From the NCBI GenBank assembly GCA_003427395.1, contig BFEA01000007.1:5739498-5802103 (forward strand): DNA of 62,606 nucleotides, in the 5' to 3' direction. This document shows positions 1-12,948 of the stretch, in pieces. The notes under the pieces were generated by a model, which was not told where the DNA came from, did no database searches, and saw nothing but the letters and a program-made list of their open reading frames with translations. Made by a program: the position numbers and the translations under genes. The DNA is from Chara braunii. Taxonomy: Eukaryota > Plantae > Charophyceae. Positions within the stretch are counted from its first letter, which is position 1, and every line of letters begins with the position of its first letter.

Positions 1-130
1 ACTAGTGCAAAACGGGAATGAATGTTCCTGCATTTGCGAGAAGATTCATTCCCATTTTGCACAAATGAACTGCGCCATACACAGAGAGAGAGAGCCGGCG
101 CCTTGCGGGGAGTTTCGTGTCAAAATCGCC

Positions 131-133
<3 letters not shown>

Positions 134-205
<72 letters not shown>

Positions 206-232
206 CCCCCCCCCCCCTTTCCCCCCCCCCCC
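134..232. repeat. (CT)n microsatellite followed by poly-C
   Basis: Directly visible; explains the SLSL/ERER ORFs here. Confidence 0.95.
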
Positions 233-412
233 GGTTCGTTTGCTTTTCCCACCGCATTCGTTTTCCCGTTCATTTTGTTATAGTTTCTTGAAATCTTTTT
301 TTGTTTTTGTTAATTCAGGCGGCTACCGGTCGTTCCTCCCCCGACCCCCATCCAATGCGGCCGATAACGCGCCGCAACCCAAAAAAAATGGCTGGCTGAG
401 GTGCTGGTGGTT

Positions 413-848
413 TAATGAGAGCAACCCAGAAATCGAGTGTTGCAGTTGTCGCCAATACCCTGTTGGGTGTCGGTGCTGCAAATCCGGCCAGTGTGCAAGA
501 TGTGCAAGAGCTTGGGGTCCATGGCGTGGTACTTGAAAAGGAGGAAGTGAGTGTACTCGCTCAGACAGACCATGCTGCACTTCGGCAGAATGTATGCTGC
601 GCCCGCTCAGACTGCCCATCTGTCAGTGGGTGCCAAGCCGAGTTTTGCTTCATTCCAAATCCAAAATGCTTAATGAGAGCAATCCCGAAATTGGACATAA
701 ACCGAAAGTTGCAGTTGTTGCCAAAATCCTGTGAGACGCCACGGCTACAAGTGCAGCAAGTGCAGCCAGTGTGCATAATGCACAAGAGCTCAGGGGCCGT
801 GGCGTAGTACTAGAAAAGGAGGAAGCGAGTGTACTCGCTCAGACAGAC
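413..848. repeat. Diverged direct duplication (about 413-570 vs 671-848)
   Basis: Both copies start taatgagagcaa and end gaaaaggaggaag(t/c)gagtgtactcgctcagacagac. Confidence 0.75.
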
Positions 849-3381
849 AGACAGACAGACGGATGAACGGATGGATGGAGGGCCAGCTGGCCGGACAGGC
901 AGGCGGGGCAGTGGGCAGGCAGGTGGGTGGGCTGGCGAACCGAAGCACCGACAGACGAACAGAGTGGCTGGGCTGGAGGACCGACGAACCGACAGACGGG
1001 CTGACAGACGTATGCAGTGATGTTTTTTTTTCCTTCGTATGTGTTGTTGGATAGTTCCACGGATATGCTCCAGGGTGGATGCTGGTGGATGTAGTTTGTC
1101 ATCTTTTTCTTTGCTTTTTATTGCTGTTTGTGGATGCCAATCTTACGCTCGACTGTAATCTGGTCTCATGCTGATTCATCGTTTCTCTTTGAGACCCAGT
1201 CAAGGGGGGGAGGAAAGTAAACAGGGGTTTGCAGGTATATGTGGATAGTATATGTAGGGTTGTGGAGTAGATTTGCAACCAACATGAGTAGACATTATCG
1301 AAAGAGCAAAAGCCAAGGTGTGGCCGTACAAAAGGCTCCCAGCTGCAAACAGAGTAATTGAACTCGCTCTGCAAAGGAGACAATGAAGTCAACAGCGCTC
1401 CGACGTCTTGCTGTATCTTCCGGGCATGCTGTTGTGATGATGTGAAAGCCTATCCGTTCTTGTGCACTTTTTATTTCTTTTTTGGGCACTTATGCGTGGT
1501 GTTATGGGAGTGCGAGGGACTCAAAATTTACCATTTGAGTTGGCTGCCGTGCCTTATTGTGGTAGAGGTTCATTTACTTAAGGGTGGGCCTGTTTGGCTG
1601 GTTTGCATTAATGGGATTGTGTTCGGGGCGGTGTTATGTCACATGACCTGTCGAGTGCACATTTTTAATGTTTCTTGTGATACATAATCATTCAGCCAGA
1701 GGTTTTGGGTTATGTTTAAGGCGAGAAGAGGTTTTCTGGCGAGCTAGGGGAAAATTTGTGTGCTTGGTTGTCCTTGGCGAACTGAGGCCACGGCTCTTTG
1801 CTGGTGTTAGCTGTTGGGCTTGGAAGAAGCAACCTCCGTAAAAAATTGTGGAATTTGGATGCCTGGCAAAACGAGTTCAAAGGTTGTTTGGTAAAGCCCC
1901 TGGACTCTCTCGTGCTGTCCTTGTTTGGTATAAGGAAAACAGCAATGTTAAGACGCATCTCTGCTTGCAGCATGGGGAGGGAGAGGGTATAGTTCACTCG
2001 ACCATCTCTGTTTCAGCCTGCCAGTCTGTGTCTTTCTGACGTCTATCTGTGGCGTCTCCCTCATTCAGTGTGTTTTCCTCTCTGCATGTCTTCTGCCTGG
2101 CTATCAATGCCTCAGTTTTGGTAGTCTTGCATCCAGTCGGTCAGTCTGTCTATTAGTCAGCAGCAGCACGTTAACCTTACATCTCTTTCTGTAATTCTGC
2201 CTGCCTATGTCTGTCGTCTGCCTGTCAGTCTGCCTGGCTGTTTTCTTGCATGTTTGTTTGTGCGCCAGCCTATCAGGTTCAGTCTCTCAGTCCGCCAGTC
2301 CATGTATCCATCTTTTCTTCCGTCTATGACTTTTTGTCTCTGCTATCGATCGCTATCTTTTCGTTTGCCAGGCTGCTCGTCTGCTTCTCTGTCTTCTGAT
2401 GTTCAGTGTACAATCTGTTTGTCTCTTTGCCACTCTGCCAATGAGTCCGTGCGTCAGTCAGTCAGCCAGTCATTCCGCATGCATGTCAGTTTGTTATGTC
2501 TCTGTTAGCCTGGCAGTCTGTCAGTCAATCTGGCCGGCTGTCGGTTTGTTGTGTGTTCATCCGTATGGTCGACTAACCACCTTGCTGCCTGCCTGCCTGC
2601 CCGGCCGCCTGCCTATTTCTCTGTTTGCATGCCCTGCATCATCCTCTCTCTCCATTTGTTAGTCTTGATCCGTTCGTCTGTTTGTCTGGCTCTGTGTTTG
2701 TTCGTCTGTGTTGATTTTTGTGTCTGTTTGGGGTGGGTGGTTGCCCGTGGTTCGCTCTATTTGTCAACAGTAAGGGACAAAGGCTAGACAGGGCCGTCGT
2801 AATAACCGAAAGAAAAGAGCTTGTGCAATTTACTCTGCCGCTCCGGTTGGAACAAAGTACGGATGGAGTGGTGACACCGCTGCCGTGGATGTAGATCATC
2901 TGTGATCGCCGTAGATATTGGCCTTCGAGCCAAAACATTGTGCTGGAAAGACCTGCAGTCCATAGCAGAATTCCAATTCCATTCACCTTCCATCCTCTCT
3001 CATCCCCCTCCCTTCGTCCCTCCGTCATCAACCGTCCTCCTCCCTCCCTCTTTCTCCGCCCACCCCTCGTTTCGCGTCTCGTCTCAATGCGGCCCCACCT
3101 CCCCACTCTTCCTTTTTTTTTTTTTTTTTTTGTACGTAAGTCAATCCGTCAATCAAACATCAAACAATCATTACAGCTCACCTTCGCTTCCCCATCGTCG
3201 TCCTCCTCCCAGAAACGGCCAGAAGTGAAACACCATAGAATAGCAATGCACGGAGTATGGGCACACTTCATTCATTCAACAGCCAGGTCAAGTTCGTCGA
3301 CACGAAGTGAAATCTTAAGTGCTGTGGATTCCCTAAGTCGTTATANNNNNNNNNNNNNNNNNNNNNNNNNNNNNNNNNNNN

Positions 3382-3436
<55 letters not shown>

Positions 3437-3596
3437 TGTGTACGTGTATGCACGTGCTTGTATATGTGTGCATACGCGTATGCGTGCGTGATAACTTATG
3501 GAATAACGGCCACACAAGGCCGGCAGAACAGTTATCTCTGCGTGCGTGCGCTTTTGTATGTGTGGGTGTGATAGCTTTCGAAGTTACGGCGATACG

Positions 3597-4015
3597 AGGA
3601 CGGAAGAAAAGGTCCCTGCAGAAGAGTTGGATGAACACTCCCCAAAAGTCAGATTCCATTCCACATCCACTAATTTCCTAAGCTGAAGAGGGACTTCAAT
3701 ACGGCCCATAAACCAGCTGTCCATCAATTCCCTACATAGCACGAGGTTACCTGACCGCCAAGACCCAGAGAATTCCCTTGAACCAAGCTCTACGAGATCG
3801 CCCCAGGCCCGAAAACTTTACGAACTAACCGATTTGCATTTCTAACTTTTTTAGTAAGTAACGCCCACCCAAGGACGGAAGAAAAAAGCTCCCTACGTTG
3901 GATTTGGATGCGCACTGCCCAGAAGTCGGATTCCATCGCACATCAATTAATTATAGACTAACAAGGGAATTCAAATCCGCCATTCAATTCCCTGCATAGC
4001 ACGAGGTTACTGACC
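3597..4015. repeat. Diverged direct duplication, period about 275 bp
   Basis: aggacggaagaaaa...caattccct(a/g)catagcacgaggttac at 3597-3756 and 3872-4015. Confidence 0.75.
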
Positions 4016-4504
4016 CCTTCTCAGATATTCCAGTGGTCGTCTAGAATCCTTTCAAGCAATCTCCCATCATCAACTAATGTGCTACATACTCTCGCTGCTT
4101 ACAATCACTATAACTGGCAACTGACAGCAACCGTTGAGCGAAACTATACGCACCATGCTTAGGAGAGATTGCCCTTCCGGACCGTAGGAGAACTGAGACT
4201 AAGATACAAAGAAAGTTTGCTGGCATGTCTAACCGTGACATCAAAACAAACGCGATTACGTTCGACAGCAAACAACAAAAACCAAACATAAACAGAAAAA
4301 AAGCACCAATTGACGCCAAGGCATTAGCTCCGTGCGCAGACGGCAACAGAGAGAAATGCGAGCACAGAACAGAGCATGAACATAACAGAACGGAGCGTGC
4401 TTGCCAAATCGCCTTCGCCTACAGCATTTGGCTTCGCGACAAAGAATCGCCCAGAAGGAAGTAATGGTTCGCGAGAGTCACCCAAACAAAGATTTAGGTG
4501 GACT

Positions 4505-4607
4505 GTCCTTCTTGACATCCATTACAATTGGAAAGATATACAGAAGACACACTGGCATGGCCCCGGCGCAAGGATGACACGAATAAATGGAGAAAAGGGC
4601 CAAATTT
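4505..4607 (+). pseudogene. U6: U6 snRNA retropseudogene, near full length, with flanking direct repeat
   Basis: gtcc..gacatcc..aattggaaagatatacagaaga..gcatggccccggcgcaaggatgacacgaataaatggagaaa..ccaaattt aligns by eye with plant U6; ACAGAGA box and AGC triad altered; atttaggtggact at 4492-4504 and 4604-4616. Confidence 0.88.
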
Positions 4608-6649
4608 AGGTGGACTGCCGTCCAAAACAACTGCAGGAGGGGGGGGGGGGACACCTTCTACCAGTCCACTTTAAAGGCAACGACGAACGGGCCACGTCTA
4701 AGAGTACTCACATTCGTTTCCAGTCTTGAAATCACAGAGCGTGGTGGCCGAGGCAGCTTTGAACCGGTGAGAGGACCTTTCGACATCATCACTCTCACGC
4801 ACGCCTCTAACTTCCACGCCCGTCAGCACTTGGTACTTACGTGATCTCCGTCTCTCTGGCGTCGTCTCCAGTGCAACCGCTTTCTCCCTCGCTGGCTACG
4901 AGCCAATTTCACTGACTGTCATTTCCGCAAACGGATGGTCGACAAAACCTGGTGGGATTCATCCGCTTGCTCTGCGTCCAGCCATCCCTCCTTTTACCTG
5001 GACCCAAACTCCTGTTCCGGAGTCTTCCCTCCTCAACGCTCGTCGGAGCCACCTGCAGAAATGAAAATGAATTGACGGAATGATGCATCGTCCAACAGCG
5101 AGAGTGTATGGAGGACACAGACAGAGGAAGGAAGAAAATCAAATGCTGAAGGCACAAACAAACGGAATCGTCGAAGCCTACAAGGTCCAGCTCCAGCGAG
5201 ATGACAAGCAGACACTGAAGTTGTAATGCCGCAGAGGGCGACACAGATGAGAGGTACGGAGAGATCGGCGAGAGGTAATGCCCCTTCACAATGGGAAGCA
5301 GAAGACAAAAAGCCCCCCGAGGCAGCTGCGCCCCGGAGCTGAATTGCCTCCATTCTCACCACAATCGCAAACCGCCAGGTCATACGGAACATATGCTAAG
5401 CAAAGATCAAAACACTGCAATTTCTCCACTAACAACAATACATGAAACGACAGCCGTACGACGCAAAAAAAAAAAAAAAAAAAAAAAAAAACAGCACAAC
5501 GCGATGACAAGTGTGTAATTTTTTCCAGCATGGCATTCGTCCAAAAGCCGTGATGGAAACGGCAAAACTTTGTCAAACTCTCGACCAGAGTCAGCCCCCT
5601 GGCTATCGTTGAACAAAATTCGGTTCGCCCGCAGCAAAGTTGTATGGTCGAGGCCTCGGGTGACAGGGTGTGGTCGACGATCACGCGCCCAGCCGGACTG
5701 CAAAAACAAGCTATACACTGCCATACAAATGTCTGCAATAACAATGGACAGAATTGTCGGCCTCTGCCGAAATTGCGGAAATTGCAAACCTTCGCAGCAA
5801 TGGCAGCAATCACATAACTTTCAGAAGGCATTCTGTTTGTTTGTTCCTTGAGCTGTTGACAAAAACGTTCTCAATACCGCTTTGCATGTTTGCAGGTATT
5901 TGAATTCGACCCGGTGTCATCTTTTTTATCGGCCTGGTTTGTTAAAAGTAGAGTCGTGTGTTACCTTCGTGTACACCGCATCGCATAACTTCCTGAATTG
6001 CCAAAAGGAACAGACAAGCAGAGCACTCAATTCTCCTGGCCCTCACAAACATCTGAACCATAACAACACTTCACAACGTTCGACATCATTCACAAACATC
6101 TCAACCATAACAACACTTCACAACATTCTTATACATCATTCGCACACTATTGTTGCATCCAAAGCACCTACCTCAACCCGTAAGCTCGCTATTTATAATT
6201 AGGTCAACGCTCATACTTCACCCTCCTGGAAAAACGTTCAACACTTAACAAGTGCGCAATAATTGGCCCTCCAGGCAAAACAAGTTCGCCAGAACATTCC
6301 CATCCGACAGATCTACAAAACACATTCGACATTGTGGAGAACCAATGAACATTCAGGAATTTTTCGAGACAAAATGTTGCAGAGCTTTGCGCAATTTCGA
6401 GAGCATTGCACAATTTTCATTGACAATCCTGAACTGATGTAAACGTCCGGGCGGAACACCTGCTGTGAGAGAGAGAGAGAGAGGGAGAGCACACTGGCGC
6501 TGTGCCGAGACGGGCATGATTTCGTGGCAATAGTAGCACGTATTTGGCTTTGTTTTGGGTGTGGGGAGGGGAAAAATCACCGCTGCTGTAAACGAGTGTT
6601 TACTGCTGCTGCTAAGTGCTTCCAGTAGCTGCCACAAACTGCTGTAGGC

Positions 6650-6652
<3 letters not shown>

Positions 6653-6709
<57 letters not shown>

Positions 6710-6821
6710 NNNNNNNNNNNNNNNNNNNNNNNNNNNNNNNNNNNNNNNNNNNNNNNNNNNNNNNNNNNNNNNNNNNNNNNNNNNNNNNNNNNNNNNNNNN
6801 NNNNTCTCTCTCTCTCTCTCA

Positions 6822-6854
<33 letters not shown>

Positions 6855-6856
6855 TC

Positions 6857-6890
<34 letters not shown>
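6653..6890. repeat. (CT)n/(GT)n compound microsatellite spanning an N gap
   Basis: Directly visible. Confidence 0.95.
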
Positions 6891-6893
<3 letters not shown>

Positions 6894-7471
6894 CTGTCAG
6901 CCTGTCATTGCTACACACATCATTCAAACTCAGAATGGAACATGCAAAGGGTCCCCTACTCCTCCCCCTTCTCCAAATTGTCATCATCGTCCATTGCCCT
7001 CTCTGTCACCTCCTCCTCTCCCTTCGAATCCTCCGCTGACCCTCCATCACCTTCTTGCTAACGCCCTCGTCTTCCATTCTTCCTCAACTCACAACCGGCA
7101 GATGTTCATGCACCCGTTGCGGTCTTGTGTCGCTGTGGCTGCTACTCCTGCCCTTCCTGCCACATTAATTTCCATAGCCTACCAGATCTACCCGTCTCTT
7201 TGCTACTGATTCTTCATTTTCCTCAGCAATCATCCCCTCTTTCTCTTCTTTTAACCCCTTTTCAATCTTTTACTCGTTTACCTACCTCACTCTCTTGTTT
7301 ACCCTGTTCGCATTCCTTTTGTTTTTCTGTCACGACCTTGCATTCCCTTTCCTAAGCCTGTAATCAAGGCCCTTCTCTCCCTTGAGAAGCCTCCCTCCAG
7401 TTCATTGTCACCATTTTCGACCTCAACCTTGTTAATGGCCGCTGACGCTATCTACCACTTCTTTTTCTCTC

Positions 7472-7557
7472 TCTCGATTTATGCGTGTCATCATCCTTGC
7501 CCAGGGGCCATGCTAATGTATCTTCTCTTTGTCGTTCTAATTTTGACGGAAACCCCG
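7472..7557 (-). pseudogene. U6: U6 snRNA pseudogene
   Basis: tctcgatttatgcgtgtca(tca)tccttgcccaggggccatgctaat(gtat)cttctctttgtcgttctaattttgacgga is the reverse complement of U6 with small insertions. Confidence 0.88.
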
Positions 7558-7599
7558 CCGACAGCGCCGTGCAACTCCCGTAAACCGCCCGTACAGACT

Positions 7600-8260
7600 G
7601 CTGCTTACCAGCCCTGCGAGCTGGTCCTGCACCTGCTGCCGCGGCTTCGGCTGCGACTTCTGCTGCGCACTTCTGCAGGGAGCTCCTGATTCAAACTGCT
7701 GCTGCAAACTGATGCACACCGCTCATACTTCCGCTCGCCGGTGTTCATTGCTGCTTGGTGCTGCGCATTGTTGCTCAATGCTGCTCGGTGCTGCGCACGG
7801 TTGCTCACTGCTGTTCCGTGTTGCTCACTACCACTCACTGCTGCTGCTACCTGTTATGCTCATGTTGACATTCGTTGTCATCTGCTGCTAAGTGCTGCAG
7901 CCTTGGCTCGCTGTGCACCGCTGGAAATGATGCTGTTGACTGCTCCTGCCAAATGCTTCTGCCTAGCACTCCACCTTCTGCTAAGTATTTCGAACTACTG
8001 CTAAAACCTGCAGCTTACCACTGTTGTACACTGACTGCTTCCAACAGCTGCATTATGCTGCTTGCTGCGGCCACGAACTTGAACCACTGTTGTCGCAAGC
8101 TGTTGCTAGCTCACACTGCGACCCGTAATTCCTGCAGCATTCATGTTGCACACACTGAAGGATATCTGCCCGTCATGCGAACTGCCTTTGCAAAAAACTG
8201 CTGCCAGCCGACGCTGCTACACCTCCTGCACTTACGTGTGCTACCGAAACTGCTGCAGAT
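7600..8260. repeat. Degenerate CTG/TGC-rich low-complexity tract
   Basis: Repeated ctgctg motifs give spurious Cys/Ala/Leu-rich ORFs. Confidence 0.6.
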
Positions 8261-9894
8261 GCTCTACATTTCATTTCATTTCATGCAAAAAAAACCATCG
8301 TCCCTTTCCCTGCAATCTTTTTTCGACGGTTTCCCCAGCCATTCTCCTCCTGAAAAGCTCGCTTCTCAACGACCGCCCGTCCATCGCTCCCTCTTCCCTC
8401 CCTCTTCCATCCCCCTCACCAGCCTTCCCCCACGAGAACACCCCGTTCCAACCCTTCTCAGCCTGACCCATCATACCCTTCCTCCCGACGAGAACCGTCC
8501 CAAGTGGCCCCCCCTCGCTCCCCCCCCTCTCTGACTAACGACTCTTTGCCAACCTCCCTCTACCTTACACGAGGTGAACCTACAAAACGCCCCCATCTCC
8601 GAAACCATACCCATCTCTAATTATTTTGAATTACTGATTGCAACGGGAGGAAGACGAAGAGAAGGGACAGAACAACAAGAAAGAAAGGAGAGAGAGAGAG
8701 AGAGGACTTCCACTTCCGCCACACCCCACACCCTGCTGGCAAGAACGCTTTCGTAATTGACAGCATGCCTCAGGTACACCTCGCTTACCAAACCCTTCTG
8801 CACGGCGAACTCATTCCCAGATTTTTCCTCTCCCTCCCCACCAGGAAAGGATGACATTTTCCTAGATTTTTGCAATCAATACCAGAACAAGAGAAAGGAA
8901 TAAATTACATCCACCTCCTTTGCCCTCCGTAGCCCCTACCTCTTCCACCGCTCCTAATGATGCCAACGCTGGACGCTTCCCCCTCTAGTAGACAGTGTGA
9001 ATGGACCTCACCTGCACACAGAACAATGGGCCGAAGAGGAGGAGAAGGAAAAAACGAAACAGAAGAAGACATCCACCGTCTTCTGCACAGCTCCCCTCCC
9101 TCTTCCCTCAAAGGAAAACCGCCCCTCGCCAAACTCGCGCCATTCCTGGTGACAACCTCGCTCCCTCAGATACCCTCTTTCCCTCCATGACGACGCGTGC
9201 TCCTCTCCCCTTGATGACCATTCCTTTCCCATCGGCCTCCGCTCTTCTCGAATCGTTTTCGGCGAAATACACTACCCCCAACTCCCTCCCTTCAAAACCA
9301 ATCTTTCATCTTTCGCTGTTAACGACACCGAAGAAGATGACGGAGATGTTTCCACCCTTCACTCATGGCTCCCCCACGATCCCGACCAACCGTCCTGGTG
9401 AAACCACCTCGAGCGAGGCCAGACACTACTCCCTTTGTCATCGGCACCCCCCACTTTCGTACAAAAACATCGGCGATATACAAACCCCGCTGCCTCCAGC
9501 CCGGCCTCCCCTGGCAGTGGCACCTCTACCCCACGCTCCCCCCCTCGGCCCACTAGCCGCTGGCCACAGCCCCCCGCACTGGACATCATCCATGCTTTCG
9601 GCAGAGTGCCGTCCTCTGCCGAACTTTTCCCCCCGGCATTCCTCCTCTTCTTCATCGGCACTTTCCCCACCCTCCTCCATTGGCCTCAGCGAAATTCATT
9701 ATGCCACTCACGCCCCGCTGTTTCCCCACTCAACTTTTAGAAACCCCCTTCCACGTAGCACCTTGCTCCAGCACCTAGACTCACCTCTATTCCACACGGC
9801 CTACCTACGACAGTCGCAGACTGAAAAACATCACATTTCAAACTTTTACTTTTTTTAACAATTTCTCAAATTTTCAAACTTTTACTTTTTTTAA

Positions 9895-9980
9895 CAATTT
9901 CTCAAATTCATGCGGGTCATCGTTGCGCAGGATCCATGCTAATCTGCCCTGTATCGTTCCAAAATTAGCGGTTGTCCAGA
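9895..9980 (-). pseudogene. U6: U6 snRNA pseudogene; its 3' end lies in a tandem duplication of about 37 bp (9836-9908)
   Basis: atttctcaaattcatgcgggtcatcgttgcgcaggatccatgctaatctgccctgtatcgttccaaaattagcggttgtcc is the reverse complement of U6; ACAGAGA changed to ACAGGGC. Confidence 0.85.
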
Positions 9981-10809
9981 TAACGGAAGGAGGAAAACAG
10001 GAAGAGGAAAGGACGAAGAAACGAAAAGGAGATGAAGAAGGCGGCCTTTTCACACCCCACCACTCATCCGAAAACCCACCCCAGCAACCCGATGACTGAC
10101 TCCATCACGCCCACAACCCCTGCGCTCCAGATAGTTACCATCATGCCCCCTCTTCCTTGCTCTGCAAACCCCCAAATGCATCTGTTTTTTTCCTGCTTCT
10201 ACCTCCCCTGCCACGCCCTTTATCGTCCTCTACATACACTACAGTTCCTAGTACAACCTATACCATTCAGTCGAGCCCGGTGAACACCTCCATGCATTCG
10301 ATTCTATCATATACCCAGCCAGCGCTTTCCGTCCACACCCGGTACATACCTCCATGGTTTGCAACCGAATTCTTTAATCCACTTCAGCACCTCCTCGAGC
10401 ACCTGTCACTTGTCCAACTCGTCGTGTGATACCCGCTGCAATGCATTTCCGGGGCACGCCACGGTGGATACACAGCACTCCGGGACGGAAGGTGTCCCGC
10501 GAGACGCGCAGAAGCAGAAGACGAGGCACGCAATTCTCGGCACTCCACCCACCACCAAACACTCGAATCAGTAATATCCTACTGGCCAGCCGACAGGCCA
10601 ACCGATCGATCAATCGGTAATGATTCCATCCATCTCGTCACATGTCGACGCTAATTCACCGCGACGCAGTTCCGTTTCAAATTTTGAATTGAAAAAAAAT
10701 CCTTGGCCTGAGGATAGGAGTTCAGCAATAAAAGATCCTCGAAAATCTATAAAAGGAGTTCAAGAGGAAGGATAACAAAACAATTAGCAAGCAAACTCAC
10801 CTCCGTCAA

Positions 10810-10811
<2 letters not shown>

Positions 10812-10868
<57 letters not shown>
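10812..10868. repeat. (CT)n(AT)n microsatellite
   Basis: Directly visible. Confidence 0.9.
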
Positions 10869-11158
10869 CGCCTATATATACGGCTCTCTCTTCAGGCCTC
10901 CAACTAGCGTTCCCTGCTCGCCACCCCTGACAGTGTCGCGCCGAACAGGCGCCCGCTGTGCTCACAACGCGGGTTGCCCGGGGTGCGACCACACCTGTGC
11001 CAACGGCTGGTTGATGGGAAGCCGCCGCCGAGGCCCTCTAGGCCGACGTGTCGGTCGATCCGCAAGGACCGAGGCCAGTCTGTTTTTTCTGCCGCGAGAT
11101 AGCTGACGCATGGACCACACTCGGCCCTGCCGGCTAACAGGCCACCGTCAGCCCCCTC

Positions 11159-11263
11159 CCGTCTTCCCCCGAACATAACGCACCCCGAAAAGGAACGTAT
11201 ACAAGGTATGCTTACGGCCAGATACAGTCAGAATGAGGGTGCGTTGTGTTCGGGGGAAGACGG
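11159..11263. repeat. 27-bp inverted repeat with a 51-nt spacer
   Basis: ccgtcttcccccgaacataacgcaccc / gggtgcgttgtgttcgggggaagacgg, one mismatch. Confidence 0.9.
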
Positions 11264-11691
11264 TAGGCACCAAAACTGTGGTCAGTCACATAGGATCGCA
11301 AATCAGTAACTTCTGCATGGTTGAAGAAGGGGGTGCCGCGCTGAGTTAGGGATTTAGGGAGGGGTCGGCTTGTTTAGGGTGGGCAGTTACAAGGCCCGGA
11401 AACCACAAGTTGGCGCATGAAAGCAGCCCAGGCTGCATAGCGCGGCCAAGGCCTCCAATGACCGACCACTGAACAAATGGGGGACGGCCGGTAAAGGATG
11501 AACGAAAAAGAAAATTGCTTCGTGCTGTCCAGCGCATCAGCCCGCAAGCGCACAAGCAGCTCGAGGGCCCTGCTGGCCACGTCACCCATGACCGACACGT
11601 TACGCAAGAAGAGCGATAAGGGATCCGGCCCAGTGAGCGAGCTGAACATCTCACAAATCTCTGCAATAGGACAGAGGCCTGCGAGGCGTAA

Positions 11692-11791
11692 CTTACCTCC
11701 CCAAACAGTTGCCATCATCTCCCAGTTACGCCTCCCCAAAGAGTTGCCACCATCTCCAGTTACGCCTCCCCCCAAAGAGTTCCCACCATCC
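11692..11791. repeat. Three tandem units of about 33 bp
   Basis: ttac(g)cctccccaaa(c/g)agttgcca(t/c)catct x3. Confidence 0.8.
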
Positions 11792-12074
11792 TTGGAGATG
11801 TATCCCTGTGAGATAGCAACCATGTAGGGCAGCTGTTACATATTGTGCAAGAGGTGGCCCAGCCGCGTTTCATAATCACTGCAATATAGGGGAAAGCGCA
11901 GTAACTCACCCGGGTTGTTGCCCTGCCCCAATGTGAACTGTTGCATAGGGCAATAATCTCCTCCGCATCTCACCGCTCTAACTGAAACAACTTTATGGCA
12001 GATTGCCATCCCCACGAGCTCAATAGGCACACGTATAACTTCCCCTCCGCTTTACAAAATATGAACGCTTGTAC

Positions 12075-12948
12075 TGCAATCAGACTTGTCTTCAACTCGC
12101 TTCAGTCTGCATACACAGATCATGACCGAACTTGGCACGAAGCCCACACATAACTCAAAGGTAAAACATGGCCAGGAACACAGCTCAGATTCAAACTTGT
12201 CTTTGATAGTTATGGAGCAGGGCGCCAGACGAAGATTCCCACCTGAGCAACTGTATCCATCAGCAACTTATTCGCACACGCACACACACTCACTCTTGAA
12301 TCACACTGGATGTCCCACGCACACACACATACTCGAATACACACACTCCCTATCCTATCCTACATGGCAGCCATAGTTGTCATCTCCCTCCTACGCTAAC
12401 TCGCGGCTATGTCCGCATCTTCCTCCTCTTAGCCCCCTTCTTCTTTGGCCACTTGCAGATCTCCGTAGCACAAGACGCTCCGACAGCGCTTCCGCACGGC
12501 TCACAGGCGGAATGAATGAATGACTTAACGCTGCCTCTTTATTTATACTTCGGATTGTCGTTGGTCTGCCCTTGGACGCTGGGCTTGGGATGTGCACAGT
12601 CCCACATGGTACTTGTTGACTGGCTCACGGTCAGAATGAATATACTTTGGATCGTTATTGGTTTGCCCTTGGACACTGGGCTTGGGATGTGCACAGTCCC
12701 ACATGGTACTTGCTGACCGGACAAAGTGCAATTTGGGCCTGGGTACCGCTGACTGGGCTAGGTAGGACTAGGACTGCCCTTTGCCGACTGTGCTAGGATT
12801 GTCTCTAGCTGACTCAGCCGCATACTGACTCCTCAAAATCCCACGCTCGTACTATATACAGTAGGTTAAACATACGACTTCCATAAAACAGGGCGTGATT
12901 TCAAAGACACGGGGCAACGGGTATTGTACATGGGTAGAGGGGCACGTC
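12075..12948 (-). repeat. Element B 3' LTR (continues at about 28533-28580 after element A); internal tandem duplication of about 97 bp at 12544-12720
   Basis: Homology to 36069-36512 and 41881-42200. Confidence 0.8.

Noticed and set aside
4505-9980. Functional U6 genes
   Set aside because: The ACAGAGA box is altered in all three, two carry indels, and no recognisable upstream promoter elements were seen.
11346-11380. Interstitial telomeric repeat (TTTAGGG-like)
   Set aside because: Only two or three scattered units, compatible with chance.
5-12000. Many 60-285 aa ORFs as host genes
   Set aside because: They arise from microsatellites, low-complexity or C-rich sequence and show no domain motifs or exon structure I can support.
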